64,000 nt of DNA from Candidatus Uhrbacteria bacterium (GTDB lineage Bacteria; Patescibacteriota; Patescibacteriia; 2-12-FULL-60-25): positions 28,408 to 92,407 of the forward strand of contig JADZFU010000003.1 in NCBI GenBank assembly GCA_020854265.1, given 5' to 3'. The notes under the pieces are model-generated. The model ran no database searches. It saw nothing but the letters and a program-made list of their open reading frames with translations, and was not told the DNA's origin. Of the stretch, positions 9,425 through 19,582 are shown one piece after another (positions within the stretch are counted from its first letter, which is position 1; the number at the start of each line of letters is the position of its first letter). A program made the position numbers and the translations under genes.

Positions 9425-10120
9425 TCAGGCGGCCTTGGTGCCGCCGATGATGCGCGCCTTGAGCGCGCGCGACGCCTCGAGCGCCTGCTTGTTCGCCGTC
9501 GTCTGGAGCTCGTTTTTGATGCGGAGCAGCTCCTGCTTGTCGGTCTCGACGACGGACTTGCTGGTGAAGCGCTCGGGGTTGAGGTCGATGAGGGTGAGCT
9601 CCTCTTCCTTGAACCCGAGCTCCCGCTCGAGCGTGTTCACGAAGCGCAGGATCTCCGCGAGCTCGGTGAGCGAACGGGCCTTGCGGCTCTCCTTCAGCTT
9701 GCTGAGCTTGTCGTCGATCTCCGCGACCGTGAGGCCGCGGACGCGCTCCGGGTCGAGGTCGAGACGCTTGATCTCGGCCATCAGCTCGGCACGCTTGACG
9801 GTCAGCGCGCTGTAGCGGTTCTGGATGTAGTCCATGGCGCGGCCGATGTCGGCGTAGCTCATGCCGCCCTTGTGGGCGCGGCCGGCCAGATGGCAGGCCC
9901 ACCACAGCCGCTTGTTCTCCGGCGTGAGCTCGAGCATGCGCCCGAGCTTGTTGACGCTGATCTCCGTGAGCAGGCCCGCGGGGAGGATGCCCTCCTTCGG
10001 CGTGCCGTCGTCGTTCAGGACGAACTTGATCGCGAGATCGACGCACAGGAGGATCTCCTCCTTCGTCAGGCCGTTCTTCTTCTCGCTCTGCACCGCGGTG
10101 GCGGTCGTGTCGTTGTTCAT
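9425..10120 (-). CDS. Hypothetical protein (231 aa)
   Basis: Start at MNNDTTATAV (Met-40 of the 9425..10237 ORF) with GAGGTG 3 nt upstream. No domain recognised. Confidence 0.5.
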   Translation of the reverse strand: MNNDTTATAVQSEKKNGLTKEEILLCVDLAIKFVLNDDGTPKEGILPAGLLTEISVNKLGRMLELTPENKRLWWACHLAGRAHKGGMSYADIGRAMDYIQNRYSALTVKRAELMAEIKRLDLDPERVRGLTVAEIDDKLSKLKESRKARSLTELAEILRFVNTLERELGFKEEELTLIDLNPERFTSKSVVETDKQELLRIKNELQTTANKQALEASRALKARIIGGTKAA

Positions 10121-10211
10121 GGTCACCTCATCAGCGGGTCTGATTGGCGAAATTGCCTCCCGTCCCACTGCTCGGACCGCTATGCATTCGCGGCTCGAGA
10201 CGTGGGACGGG
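10121..10211 (-). repeat. Leader cassette, weak variant
   Basis: Read on the minus strand: long helix cccgtcccac/gtgggacggg, then aGGC-AATTTC-GCC (only a 3-bp stem), then gatGAGGTGacc-ATG(10120). Confidence 0.35.
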
Positions 10212-10591
10212 AATCCCACGAACATGTGAAAGGTCAATCCGTTCGAGTTTTCTCGACGGATCAGATCTGTGGAGATGGGATGGAGGGCCGCCGAGGCGGC
10301 CTCATCTTTAGTGGCGCGTTACTGCAGGTGTGGCAGCCGGAGCCGCCGAGCCTGTTTCTCTTGCCGCTCGCATAGAGGTCCGTGTTTGGTTCCATGCGAG
10401 GATCTCCTCAGGTCTGATTCGTTGAGAGTTCTGTTCCGGAAAACGTATTGGAGGCGGGTGGTCCACACAGGTCCGAAGACCGGTAGATCCAAGTGTCGTT
10501 GGCTGAGCAATCCCAGACGGATCCGGGTTTACACAGCTCGCGAGCACCTTTCCGCCTTGCGACGGGCTCCTCCTCCAAGACGTTTTCAAGA

Positions 10592-10618
10592 ACAAAAATC
10601 GAGACGTTTGGCGTCTCG
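10592..10618 (-). terminator. Intrinsic terminator (minus strand)
   Basis: cgagacg-tttgg-cgtctcg. On the minus strand it is followed by atttttgtt. Confidence 0.55.
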
Positions 10619-11006
10619 TTGGTTTGGGCGGTCGGTCACAAACACGTGCTTCGTGACACTTGGTATGTGTGACGTGCTACGCGTGGGTGACATCTCGCTC
10701 TCTCCTTCGAGACGTACTGTCTAAATTGTGAATTGGGTTACCCCAGTTCGGTCACCGAATGAATCGGTGAGCGGAGTAGGGAGCCGAGTGTATTACCACG
10801 TCGGCTTTCAGAAGGTGGTGAGGAAAGGATCGTTTAGGGACGGGAAGAAGTATGCGTTTCGCGTACTGGGTTGTTGTTGCAAGTGCTTGCGATATCTCTT
10901 CTTCGTCGTCCGGCCATCTTTCGTGCCATTTCTGCGCTGGGAGCACAGCGCTGAAGGCAGCGCGTCGGGTTCCGCCAACGGTTCGATTTCCATCATCGAA
11001 CGTATT

Positions 11007-11035
11007 ACTATAGCACAAAGCAAAGAATTTGTCAA
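11007..11035 (-). promoter_or_regulatory. Near-consensus sigma-70 promoter with no obvious gene
   Basis: Minus strand: TTGACA (11035-11030), 17-nt spacer, TATAGT (11012-11007). Confidence 0.55.
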
Positions 11036-11085
11036 GTAACATGAAACATTACAAAAACAAGTGTTTCTTTTATTTTTAGCCAAAA

Positions 11086-11207
11086 AATCTGTTTTACAAA
11101 AAAATATGTCAATTAAGGTCAACACTTTTTTGCTAATATTAGCCACCTTCTGTGGATAAACTATTGCTATAAGCCATGTATTTTATACATTTTGGCTGAT
11201 ATTAGCC
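11086..11207. repeat. Array of TTGGCTAA/TTAGCCAA-type palindromic boxes in an AT-rich spacer
   Basis: TTAGCCAA at 11086-11093. GCTAATATTAGC, a 12-bp perfect palindrome, at 11132-11143. TTGGCTGATATTAGCC at 11192-11207. The same motif family occurs at 33156-33242. Confidence 0.6.
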
Positions 11208-11241
11208 TTTTTTGACAAAAGTAATCATTTTTCCTTCCCCC

Positions 11242-11270
11242 TTGACTCATACGTACGCGCTTGATAGATT
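11242..11270 (+). promoter_or_regulatory. Sigma-70-like promoter upstream of rpoB
   Basis: TTGACT (11242-11247), 17-nt spacer, TAGATT (11265-11270). Confidence 0.5.
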
Positions 11271-11339
11271 TCGGCAGAATTCACGCACTTGACTTACTGC
11301 AGCAGTCATGAGCATCGCCAGCCACAATTAGTTGAAGCC

Positions 11340-11369
11340 CCTCCCGATATCCCCTTCGGGAGGTGTTTT
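11340..11369 (+). promoter_or_regulatory. Terminator-like hairpin (possible attenuator) in the rpoB leader
   Basis: cctcccga-tatcccct-tcgggagg followed by tgtttta. It lies inside a longer helix formed by tcacgcactt (11281-11290) and aagtgcgtga (11399-11408). Confidence 0.35.
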
Positions 11370-11501
11370 AATCTCTAGTCCGCCTTAGGCGGGGCTCAAA
11401 GTGCGTGATTTCCCATAATTTACAACGGCCCGTTTGATCTTCGCGGCTACCGTCTACTCCCGGCTGTCCTGTCTGCTTTTGACGGTCCCGTTCGGACAAG
11501 C

Positions 11502-14500
11502 GTGATCCCGTCTTTTTTCATCGCTCACATGCCTGCGATGCAGTTCCGCCGCCAAGCTCCGAAAGAATCGGAGCGGCGCTATTTCACGGCCGCGCGCGAC
11601 GCCATGGCCCTGCCTGATCTCATCGAGATCCAGAAAACGTCGTATCGCTGGTTCCTCGAAGAGGGAATCCGCGAATTGTTTAAAGAGATTTCTCCGATCA
11701 AAGACTTTATCGGTCGCGATCTTGAATTGTCATTCGTCGACTATTATTTCGACGAACCTAAATTCGACGAGAAAACGTCCAAGGCAAAAAACGTCAACTA
11801 TGAAGCTCCGCTCCGCGTGAAGCTCAAGTTGGTGAATGCTCGTCAGAATTCGGAAAAAGAATCCGAAGTCTATCTTGGTGATGTTCCGCTCATGACCGAC
11901 CGCGGTACCTTTATCGTGAACGGAATCGAGCGTGTCGTTGTTACCCAGCTTGTGCGTTCGGCCGGTGCATTTTTTGCCGCCGAGCTCATTCATGGTCGTC
12001 GCTACTACGGCGCCAAAGTGATCCCGAACCGCGGTGCATGGCTCGAATTCGAAACCGACGGCAACAATGTCATTTGGGTCAAAATCGACCGTAAGCGCAA
12101 AGTCGCCGCAACGGCTCTTCTGCGTGCTTTCGGAATTGGCAAGGATGAAGACATCATCAAATTGTTCGAAGATGTCGATGTCCACCCGCTCAACAAGTAC
12201 ATCGAAGCGACGCTCGCCAAGGACGTCTCCAAATCGGAAGAGGACGGCTACATCGAAGTCTATAAACGCATCCGCCCGGGCGACATGGCCACATCGGACA
12301 ATGCCAAGTCCCTCATCCACTCGATGTTCTTCAACTTCGACCGCTATGATCTTGGTCCGGTAGGCCGCTACAAGTTCAACAAGCGTTTCGATCTTTCCGT
12401 CGAGCATTCGGAATTGATGAAAGAAGAGAATCGTATTCTCACGAAAGAAGATCTCGTGATGATTTTGCGCGAGGTCATCCGTTTGAATGTCTCTCAAGAA
12501 GAACCGGATGATGTCGATCACCTCGGCAACCGCCGCGTGCGTGCGGTAGGAGAGCTCGTACAGAGCCGTTTCCGCATCGGTTTGGCCCGCATGGAACGCA
12601 TCGTCAAAGACCGTATGTCCACCATGGACATTACGCTCATCAATCCGGCCAAGCTCATCAATGCTCGTCCGGTCATTGGTGCCATCCGCGAATTCTTCAT
12701 GAGCTCGCAGCTGTCGCAATTCATGGATCAGACCAACCCGCTGTCTGAGCTCGAGCACAAGCGCCGCTTGTCAGCCATGGGTCCGGGTGGGTTGACGCGC
12801 GAGCGCGCCGGCTTTGATGTCCGCGACGTGCACCGCACCCACTATGGCCGCATTTGTCCGATCGCATCTCCGGAAGGTCCGAACATCGGTCTTGTGGGCC
12901 ACTTGGCTTGCTATGCCCGCATCAACGAGTACGGCTTCATCGAAGCTCCGTACCGCTTGGTAAAATCGTGGGCAAAAAATGACGGCAAAGATTTGGTCGG
13001 AGAAACGCTGCGCGTGGATGTCCGCGACGGAGAGGGGAAAATCGTCGCAGAAGCCAACACCGAAGTCGACAAAAAACTCGCCGAAAAAATTGCCAAAGTA
13101 TCCATCGATAAGGTGCCGGTTATCCCGACAGTCTCCAAGGAGATCGTCTACTTGAATGCCTTCACCGAAGAGCGCGGTACCACGGCTCCGGCCACCACTC
13201 CGATCGGCAAGGACGGCCGCTTCCTCGTGAAGCGCACGCCGGCCCGTAAGCTCGGTGAACCGACCGTTGTTGATGTCGAAGAAATCGACTACGTAGACGT
13301 TTCGTCCAAACACATTCTTTCCATCGGCACGTCGCTGATTCCGTTCGTCGAACACGACGACGGCCACCGCGCCCTCATGGGAACCAACATGCAACGCCAA
13401 GCCGTTCCATGTATCAAGCCGGATGCGCCGATTGTCGGAACCGGTGTCGAACGCCGCGTCGCTATCGACGCCGGCCATGCCATCATCGCACCAGACGACG
13501 GCGTGATCGTTTCGATGTCGGGCAAGCATGTCGAGTTTCAAGGAACCGACGGCACCATTCGCCGTTACGAGCTCACCAAGTTCCAGCGCTCGAACCACTC
13601 GACATGTATCAACTTCCGTCCGACCGTTTCAAAAGGACAAAAAGTCTATGCCGGAGAAGTGCTCGCTGATGGAACATCCGTCCAGCGCGGCGAACTCGCT
13701 CTCGGTCAAAATCTTTTGTGCGCCTTCTTGTCATGGGATGGATACAACTATGAAGACGCTATCATTTTGTCCGAGCGTCTTGTGCATCAGGACCGCTTCA
13801 CGTCCATCCATATTGAGCATCATGTGCTTGATGTCCGCGACACCAAGCTCGGTCCCGAAGCCGTAACCGCCGATATCCCGAATGTCTCGGAAGAAAAACT
13901 CCGCAATCTTGATGAGCACGGTGTCGTGCGTACCGGTGCCGAAGTAAAATCCGGCGACATTCTTGTCGGAAAGATCACGCCGAAGGGCGAAACGGATCTC
14001 TCCGCCGAAGAAAAACTTTTGCGTGCGATTTTCGGTGAAAAGGCCCGCGACGTCCGCGACTCCTCGCTCTATCTCGAACATGGCGAGAAGGGCAAGGTCG
14101 TCGACATCAAAGTGTTCTCGCGCGATAACGGCGACAAGCTCCAGCCGGGTGTCTTGAAGCAGATCGTTGTCTCGGTTGCCGACCTCCGCAAGATCCAGGT
14201 AGGTGACAAGCTCGCTGGCCGCCACGGAAACAAGGGCGTCATCTCCAAAATCGTTCCGGTTGCCGATATGCCGTTCACGGAGGACGGAACGCCGGTCGAC
14301 GTGATTCTTTCGCCGCTCGGCGTCGTGTCGCGTATGAACCTCGGACAGATTCTCGAAACGCATCTTGGTCTCGCCGCCAACTCGCTTGGCTACATGGTGG
14401 CAACGCCTGTATTTGACGGTGTTCCGGAAGAAACAATCCGCGAAGAACTCAAAAAGGCCGGCTATCCGGAAGACGGAAAGATCGTCCTCTTTGACGGCCG

Positions 14501-14990
14501 CACCGGCGTCAAATACGACCATGCTCCGACCATCGGCTTTATCTATATGTTGAAGCTGAACCACATGGTCGAAGACAAAATCCACCAACGCTCCATTGGT
14601 CCGTACTCGCTCATCACCCAGCAGCCGCTTGGTGGAAAGGCGCAGTTTGGTGGTCAGCGCTTCGGTGAAATGGAAGTCTGGGCTCTTGAAGCCTATGGCG
14701 CCGCACACACGCTCCAAGAAATTCTCACGATCAAATCCGACGACGTTCCGGGCCGCTCCAAGGCATACGAGGCCATTATCAAAGGAGAGCCGATCCGCAA
14801 GGTCAATGTCCCGGAATCGTTCAACGTGCTTGTTCGCGAATTGAAAGGTCTCGGTCTCGACGTCGAGCTGCTCAAGGACAATAAACGCATCGAGAGCGAG
14901 CAAGGCCCGCGTCCGGAACATCTCCGCAAACCGGCCGTTGCCGCAAGCCCCGACGAGAACGAATGGGGTCCGAATCCTGACCAGTTCTAA
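11502..14990 (+). CDS. rpoB: DNA-directed RNA polymerase subunit beta
   Basis: Conserved blocks [69 protein letters not shown]. The first codon is uncertain: GTG at 11502 or ATG at 11529. Confidence 0.95.
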   Translation: MIPSFFIAHMPAMQFRRQAPKESERRYFTAARDAMALPDLIEIQKTSYRWFLEEGIRELFKEISPIKDFIGRDLELSFVDYYFDEPKFDEKTSKAKNVNYEAPLRVKLKLVNARQNSEKESEVYLGDVPLMTDRGTFIVNGIERVVVTQLVRSAGAFFAAELIHGRRYYGAKVIPNRGAWLEFETDGNNVIWVKIDRKRKVAATALLRAFGIGKDEDIIKLFEDVDVHPLNKYIEATLAKDVSKSEEDGYIEVYKRIRPGDMATSDNAKSLIHSMFFNFDRYDLGPVGRYKFNKRFDLSVEHSELMKEENRILTKEDLVMILREVIRLNVSQEEPDDVDHLGNRRVRAVGELVQSRFRIGLARMERIVKDRMSTMDITLINPAKLINARPVIGAIREFFMSSQLSQFMDQTNPLSELEHKRRLSAMGPGGLTRERAGFDVRDVHRTHYGRICPIASPEGPNIGLVGHLACYARINEYGFIEAPYRLVKSWAKNDGKDLVGETLRVDVRDGEGKIVAEANTEVDKKLAEKIAKVSIDKVPVIPTVSKEIVYLNAFTEERGTTAPATTPIGKDGRFLVKRTPARKLGEPTVVDVEEIDYVDVSSKHILSIGTSLIPFVEHDDGHRALMGTNMQRQAVPCIKPDAPIVGTGVERRVAIDAGHAIIAPDDGVIVSMSGKHVEFQGTDGTIRRYELTKFQRSNHSTCINFRPTVSKGQKVYAGEVLADGTSVQRGELALGQNLLCAFLSWDGYNYEDAIILSERLVHQDRFTSIHIEHHVLDVRDTKLGPEAVTADIPNVSEEKLRNLDEHGVVRTGAEVKSGDILVGKITPKGETDLSAEEKLLRAIFGEKARDVRDSSLYLEHGEKGKVVDIKVFSRDNGDKLQPGVLKQIVVSVADLRKIQVGDKLAGRHGNKGVISKIVPVADMPFTEDGTPVDVILSPLGVVSRMNLGQILETHLGLAANSLGYMVATPVFDGVPEETIREELKKAGYPEDGKIVLFDGRTGVKYDHAPTIGFIYMLKLNHMVEDKIHQRSIGPYSLITQQPLGGKAQFGGQRFGEMEVWALEAYGAAHTLQEILTIKSDDVPGRSKAYEAIIKGEPIRKVNVPESFNVLVRELKGLGLDVELLKDNKRIESEQGPRPEHLRKPAVAASPDENEWGPNPDQF

Positions 14991-15011
14991 ATCACCTCGA
15001 CTACATATCCT

Positions 15012-18000
15012 ATGGCGTTTTTCCAAACGGAGAACATCAAGTCCACGGACTTTGATTCCATCCGCCTCAAAGTAGCCTCTCCGGAGGTGATTCGCGGCTG
15101 GTCGTACGGCGAGGTGACCAAGCCGGAAACCATCAACTACCGAACCCAGAAACCGGAAAAGAGCGGTCTGTTTGCCGAAGAGATTTTCGGTCCGTCCAAA
15201 GACTGGGAATGCTACTGCGGAAAATATAAAAAGATCCGTTACAAGGGAATCATTTGTGACAAGTGTGGCGTAGAAGTTACGGGTTCGCTCGTGCGTCGCG
15301 AACGCATGGGACACATCGAGCTCGCCGCTCCTGTTACCCATATCTGGTTCCTGCGCTCGGTGCCGTCCAAAATCGGTACCGTGCTCGACATGTCCATCCA
15401 AGGACTCGAAAAAGTCATCTACTTCACGGCCTTCATTATCACGCATGTCGATGAAGATCTGCGAGTGCAGACCATCGAGCAGGTCCGTACCGAATACAAA
15501 GGCAAGCGCAAAGCGATCGAAAGCGAAAGCGAGCGCGAACGCGAACGCGTCCAAAAACAGGGCGAAGAAAAGAAATGGTCGGCCGACCAGCTCGCCAAGG
15601 AATTGGACAAGGCTGAAGCCAACAAGACGCGCCGTCTTGAAGAGCTTGATGCGGATTTCGAGCAGGCCGACAAAGAACTGAAAGACCTCAAGGTCATGAA
15701 GCTCTTGCCGGAAACCGAATACCACGACCTCTCGCTCAAATACGGCCATGTCTTCGAAGCCAAAATTGGTTCCGAGGCAGTAGAAGAATTGCTTCGCAAA
15801 ATCGATGTCGAGTCCACCATGAAGGTGCTCAACGCCGAACTGAAAGATGCATCCGAAGCGAAGCACGACCGTCTCACGCGCCGTTTGAAGCTTCTCAAAT
15901 CGCTTCACGCCAACAAGCTCGACCCGAGCTGGATGATCCTGAAGGTGCTCCCTGTGATCCCCCCGGATTTGCGTCCGATGGTTGCACTCGACGGTGGCCG
16001 CTTTGCGACCTCCGACTTGAACGACCTTTACCGCCGCGTCATCAACCGCAACAACCGTTTGAAGCGTTTGATGGAATTGAATGCGCCGGAAGTGATTGTG
16101 CGCAACGAAAAACGCATGTTGCAGGAAGCCGTCGATTCGCTTATCGACAATAGCGCCCGCGCCTCCAAGACTGTCATTGCCGCCACCGGCAAAAAGCGCC
16201 AGCTCAAATCGCTCGCCGATATTTTGAAAGGCAAGCAGGGCCGCTTCCGCCAAAACTTGCTTGGAAAACGTATCGACTACTCCGGTCGCTCCGTCATCGT
16301 TGTCGGTCCGACGCTCGAGTTGCACCAGTGTGGTCTGCCAAAGACCATGGCGCTCGAACTATTCAAGCCGTTCATCATTGCCGAGCTCATCAAACGTGAA
16401 CTCGTTCACAACATCCGTTCGGCTAACCGTTACATTGAAGCCGATCATCCGGAGGTTTGGGATATTCTTGAACGTATTGCCGAGGATGCCGTCGTTCTCT
16501 TGAACCGCGCTCCGACGCTCCACCGTCTTGGTATTCTTGGGTTCCAGCCAAAACTCATCGAAGGAAAGGCTATCCAGATCCATCCGATGGTATGTCCGGG
16601 ATTCAATGCCGACTTCGACGGCGACCAGATGGCCGTCCATATTCCGCTCACCGAAGAGGCCCGCTGGGAAGCCAAGAACTTGATGCTCGCCACCAAGAAC
16701 CTTCTCAAGCCTGCTACCGGTCAGCCGATTACCAATCCGGATAAGGACATTGCATGGGGCTGCTACTACATGACCTATATGATCGAGCCGGAAGACGGCA
16801 AGATCAAAACCTTCGGCTCTCCCTCGGAGGCGCTCTATCTGTTCAACTCGGGACGCTTAAGCATCCGCGAGAAGATCAAGGTGCGCATGGGAGCCGGCGA
16901 TATCATCGAAACCAATGTCGGCCGTATTATTCTAAACGACCTCTTCCCGAAGGAAATCGGTTTCCGTAATGAAGCGATCGGCAAGAAGCAGCTCGGCGAA
17001 ATCGTGCGCTCGACCATCGAGCTCCGCGGCTTCGAACGTACTGCTCGCTTCCTCGACGAAGTGAAGAACATGGGATTCCACTACATCACTATGTCGGGTT
17101 TCTCGTACGGCATGGGCGACCTCCCGAAACTTCCGAAGAAAGACGACACGATCGGCGACGGCGACAAGAAGACACTCGAAATCGAAGAGCAGTACAAGGA
17201 GGGTTTGCTCACCAAGAAAGAGCGCTACAACTCCATCATCCGTGTCTGGTCGGACGTGAAGGATCTTATCCAGAAGCAGTCCAAAGACGCGCTTCAAAAG
17301 GATGGAGCTGTCGCATCCATGATCGACTCCGGTGCCCGTGGTTCCATTACCCAGCTCACCAACGTCGTGGGTATGAAGGGCCTCGTGTCCAACCCGGCTG
17401 GTGAAATTATCGAACTTCCGATCAAATCCTCGTTTGGTCAGGGTCTCGACGTGCTCGAGTACTTCATCTCGTCCCACGGTACGCGTAAGGGGTTGACCGA
17501 TACCGCTCTGCGTACGGCCAACGCCGGATATCTCACACGTCGTCTCGTGGATGTGGCACAGGACGTCATCATCCAAAACGAAGACTGTGGCGATTCGAAC
17601 GGCGTAACGCTCACCAATGCAGAATGTGAAGAAATCGGCGAACCGATTCTTACCCGCTTGCTCGGCCGCGTGCTGATCAAAGATTTGAAGGACGCGGAAA
17701 CCAAGGAGGTGCTCATCAAAAAGAACACCCTCATCAACGAAGACCACATTCGTGCGATTGCAAAAAACAAGATCGACTCTGCTGTCGTGCGTTCGGTTCT
17801 GACCTGCCGTTTGAAACGTGGTCTGTGCCAGAAGTGCTACGGCTTTGATCTCGCGCACAATGACATGGTCAAACTCGGGACATCAGTCGGTATCATTGCC
17901 GCCCAATCCATCGGTGAACCGGGTACCCAGCTCACCATGCGTACCTTCCACTCGGGTGGTGTGGCTGCTGCCGATATTACGCAGGGTCTTCCGCGCGTCG

Positions 18001-18974
18001 AAGAACTCTTCGAGGCACGCATTCCAAAACGCAAGGCACTCTTCGCAGAAGCTTCGGGTATGGCCAAGATCGTGGAGGGCGAGCGCCGTATTCTCACGAC
18101 CGCCAAGGGCGAAAAGCTTGTCGATACGTCTTCCGGAAACAAGACCATCATGATCCATCACAGTGCCGTCCGCGAGGATGTGTACACCTTCACCAAGAAG
18201 GACGTGGTCAAGGTAGAAGATGGCCAGAAGGTCAAAGAAGGCCAAATGCTGATTCTCAAGGGAACGGGCGAGGAAATCATTGCTTCAAAACCCGGCACAA
18301 TCCGCATTGAAAAGAACAAGCTCGGTCACATCTACGAGGCGCCTGCCGTCATCGAGCAGGAGGTCCCAGCCGGATACTCCATCCTCATCAAGGATGGGCA
18401 GGAGGTCACGGCAGGTGATGTGCTCACCGAAGGCCAGTTCGACTTGCAGGAGCTGTTCCGTTTGAAGGGTGCTGATGCCGTCATGCGCTATCTCTTGAAA
18501 GAAGTACTCGCTATCTACGCTTCGCAGGGTCAAAAGCTCAATGCCAAGCACATCGAAGTCATCATCCGCCAGATGTTCTCGCGCGTGATGGTCAAAGATG
18601 CTGGCGAAACCGATCTTCTCCCGGGACAAATCGTAGACCGCTTCCGCGCCGAAGAAGAGATCGAAAAACTTCCAGCTCGCGGCAAAACCGAAAGTGCCAA
18701 CCTGATCCCGCTTTTCATGGGTATCACCAAGGTTGCGCTCTCGACCGAATCGTTCTTGTCCGCCGCCTCCTTTATGGAAACGGCCCGCGTGCTCATCAAT
18801 GCCGCGGTCACGGGTAAGGTGGACCGTCTCGAAGGCTTGAAGGAAAACGTCATTATCGGCCGTCTTACTCCGGCAGGTACCGGCTTCGGAATCAATCCCG
18901 CCGACCTCGTCGTCGAAGACGAACCGAAACGCGACTATCGCTCCAAAGATCAGGAAAAATCCGTCGAAGCATAA
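15012..18974 (+). CDS. rpoC: DNA-directed RNA polymerase subunit beta'
   Basis: Zinc-finger CYCGKYKKIRYKGIICDKCGVEV, catalytic NADFDGDQMAVH, RAPTLHRLG, and trigger-loop and bridge-helix regions. Confidence 0.95.
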   Translation: MAFFQTENIKSTDFDSIRLKVASPEVIRGWSYGEVTKPETINYRTQKPEKSGLFAEEIFGPSKDWECYCGKYKKIRYKGIICDKCGVEVTGSLVRRERMGHIELAAPVTHIWFLRSVPSKIGTVLDMSIQGLEKVIYFTAFIITHVDEDLRVQTIEQVRTEYKGKRKAIESESERERERVQKQGEEKKWSADQLAKELDKAEANKTRRLEELDADFEQADKELKDLKVMKLLPETEYHDLSLKYGHVFEAKIGSEAVEELLRKIDVESTMKVLNAELKDASEAKHDRLTRRLKLLKSLHANKLDPSWMILKVLPVIPPDLRPMVALDGGRFATSDLNDLYRRVINRNNRLKRLMELNAPEVIVRNEKRMLQEAVDSLIDNSARASKTVIAATGKKRQLKSLADILKGKQGRFRQNLLGKRIDYSGRSVIVVGPTLELHQCGLPKTMALELFKPFIIAELIKRELVHNIRSANRYIEADHPEVWDILERIAEDAVVLLNRAPTLHRLGILGFQPKLIEGKAIQIHPMVCPGFNADFDGDQMAVHIPLTEEARWEAKNLMLATKNLLKPATGQPITNPDKDIAWGCYYMTYMIEPEDGKIKTFGSPSEALYLFNSGRLSIREKIKVRMGAGDIIETNVGRIILNDLFPKEIGFRNEAIGKKQLGEIVRSTIELRGFERTARFLDEVKNMGFHYITMSGFSYGMGDLPKLPKKDDTIGDGDKKTLEIEEQYKEGLLTKKERYNSIIRVWSDVKDLIQKQSKDALQKDGAVASMIDSGARGSITQLTNVVGMKGLVSNPAGEIIELPIKSSFGQGLDVLEYFISSHGTRKGLTDTALRTANAGYLTRRLVDVAQDVIIQNEDCGDSNGVTLTNAECEEIGEPILTRLLGRVLIKDLKDAETKEVLIKKNTLINEDHIRAIAKNKIDSAVVRSVLTCRLKRGLCQKCYGFDLAHNDMVKLGTSVGIIAAQSIGEPGTQLTMRTFHSGGVAAADITQGLPRVEELFEARIPKRKALFAEASGMAKIVEGERRILTTAKGEKLVDTSSGNKTIMIHHSAVREDVYTFTKKDVVKVEDGQKVKEGQMLILKGTGEEIIASKPGTIRIEKNKLGHIYEAPAVIEQEVPAGYSILIKDGQEVTAGDVLTEGQFDLQELFRLKGADAVMRYLLKEVLAIYASQGQKLNAKHIEVIIRQMFSRVMVKDAGETDLLPGQIVDRFRAEEEIEKLPARGKTESANLIPLFMGITKVALSTESFLSAASFMETARVLINAAVTGKVDRLEGLKENVIIGRLTPAGTGFGINPADLVVEDEPKRDYRSKDQEKSVEA

Positions 18975-18994
18975 AAACTTCCGGAATCAAAAAG

Positions 18995-19024
18995 CCCTCT
19001 TGCAGTTTGCATAGAGGGTTTTTT
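18995..19024 (+). terminator. Intrinsic terminator after rpoC
   Basis: ccctct-tgcagtttgcat-agaggg followed by tttttt. Confidence 0.7.
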
Positions 19025-19087
19025 GTTTGCAGATGAATGAAAAAATATTTTTTCATTTCCGCATGATGATAGTGGAAGAAGGAAAGG

Positions 19088-19582
19088 TCAGGCGATGAGC
19101 AGGTGCAGCGGTGCGCTGAGCTCCGTGGAGTCGAACGCGTTGGCCATCAGGCGCTGTGCGTTGAGCTCGAGGATGGCCAGGCTGTTGAAGCGCGGGACGA
19201 GCTGCAACCAGGGCTTGTAGTGGGTGAACCACAAGTCGTGGCTGAGCGCGAAACCCAGCAAGAAGTAGGCGGGGATCGGGTCGGGGCGGCGGATGTGCTT
19301 GAAACGCGTGTACTTGTACGGGTTCACGCACGGGTGGCGGTTCGGGTTATCGGGCTTGGGCGAGTAGACGCCGAAGGTGACCGTGCTGCCGGCCGCCATC
19401 ATCCCGTCGGCCATGCTGAGCATGCAGGCGTGGCGCGGCATCCAGACGCCGGTCGCGAACTGGATCTCGAGCTGCGGGTCGACGGGCACCGACTTGCCGT
19501 CCGGGTAGAACACGTACGCCTTCCGCTCGCGTCGGAGGTCCGGGATCGCGTAGCGCTGGATCGTGATCTTCTTGTGGACCAT
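19088..19582 (-). CDS. Hypothetical protein (164 aa), a single GC-rich gene
   Basis: Start at MVHKKITIQRY with AGGAAGAGGAA upstream. The overlapping plus-frame ORF 19103..19729 is R/V/G-rich junk. No domain recognised. Confidence 0.5.
   Translation of the reverse strand: MVHKKITIQRYAIPDLRRERKAYVFYPDGKSVPVDPQLEIQFATGVWMPRHACMLSMADGMMAAGSTVTFGVYSPKPDNPNRHPCVNPYKYTRFKHIRRPDPIPAYFLLGFALSHDLWFTHYKPWLQLVPRFNSLAILELNAQRLMANAFDSTELSAPLHLLIA

Noticed and set aside
10261-10395. A 44-aa minus-strand ORF (MEPNTDLYASGKRNRLGGSGCHTCSNAPLK...) behind GAGGAG.
   Set aside because: It contains a strong GC hairpin (gaggccgcc-tcg-gcggccctc) in its middle and has no terminator or conservation evidence. It is too weak to call.
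10592-11035. tmRNA, 6S RNA or SRP RNA in the orphan transcription unit.
   Set aside because: There is no GGGG...tRNA-like acceptor/T-arm with a CCA end (the ggttcgatttcc at 10981 has an extra base and no matching acceptor). There is no obvious tag-peptide frame, no long 6S-like bulged duplex and no SRP domain IV motif visible by eye. It is left as an unknown RNA.
13731-16325. An 864-aa ORF antisense to the end of rpoB and the start of rpoC.
   Set aside because: It lies opposite two unambiguous, highly conserved genes and even spans their intergenic gap. Its composition is D/R/F/V/H/G-rich and repetitive, with no start context. It is a shadow ORF.
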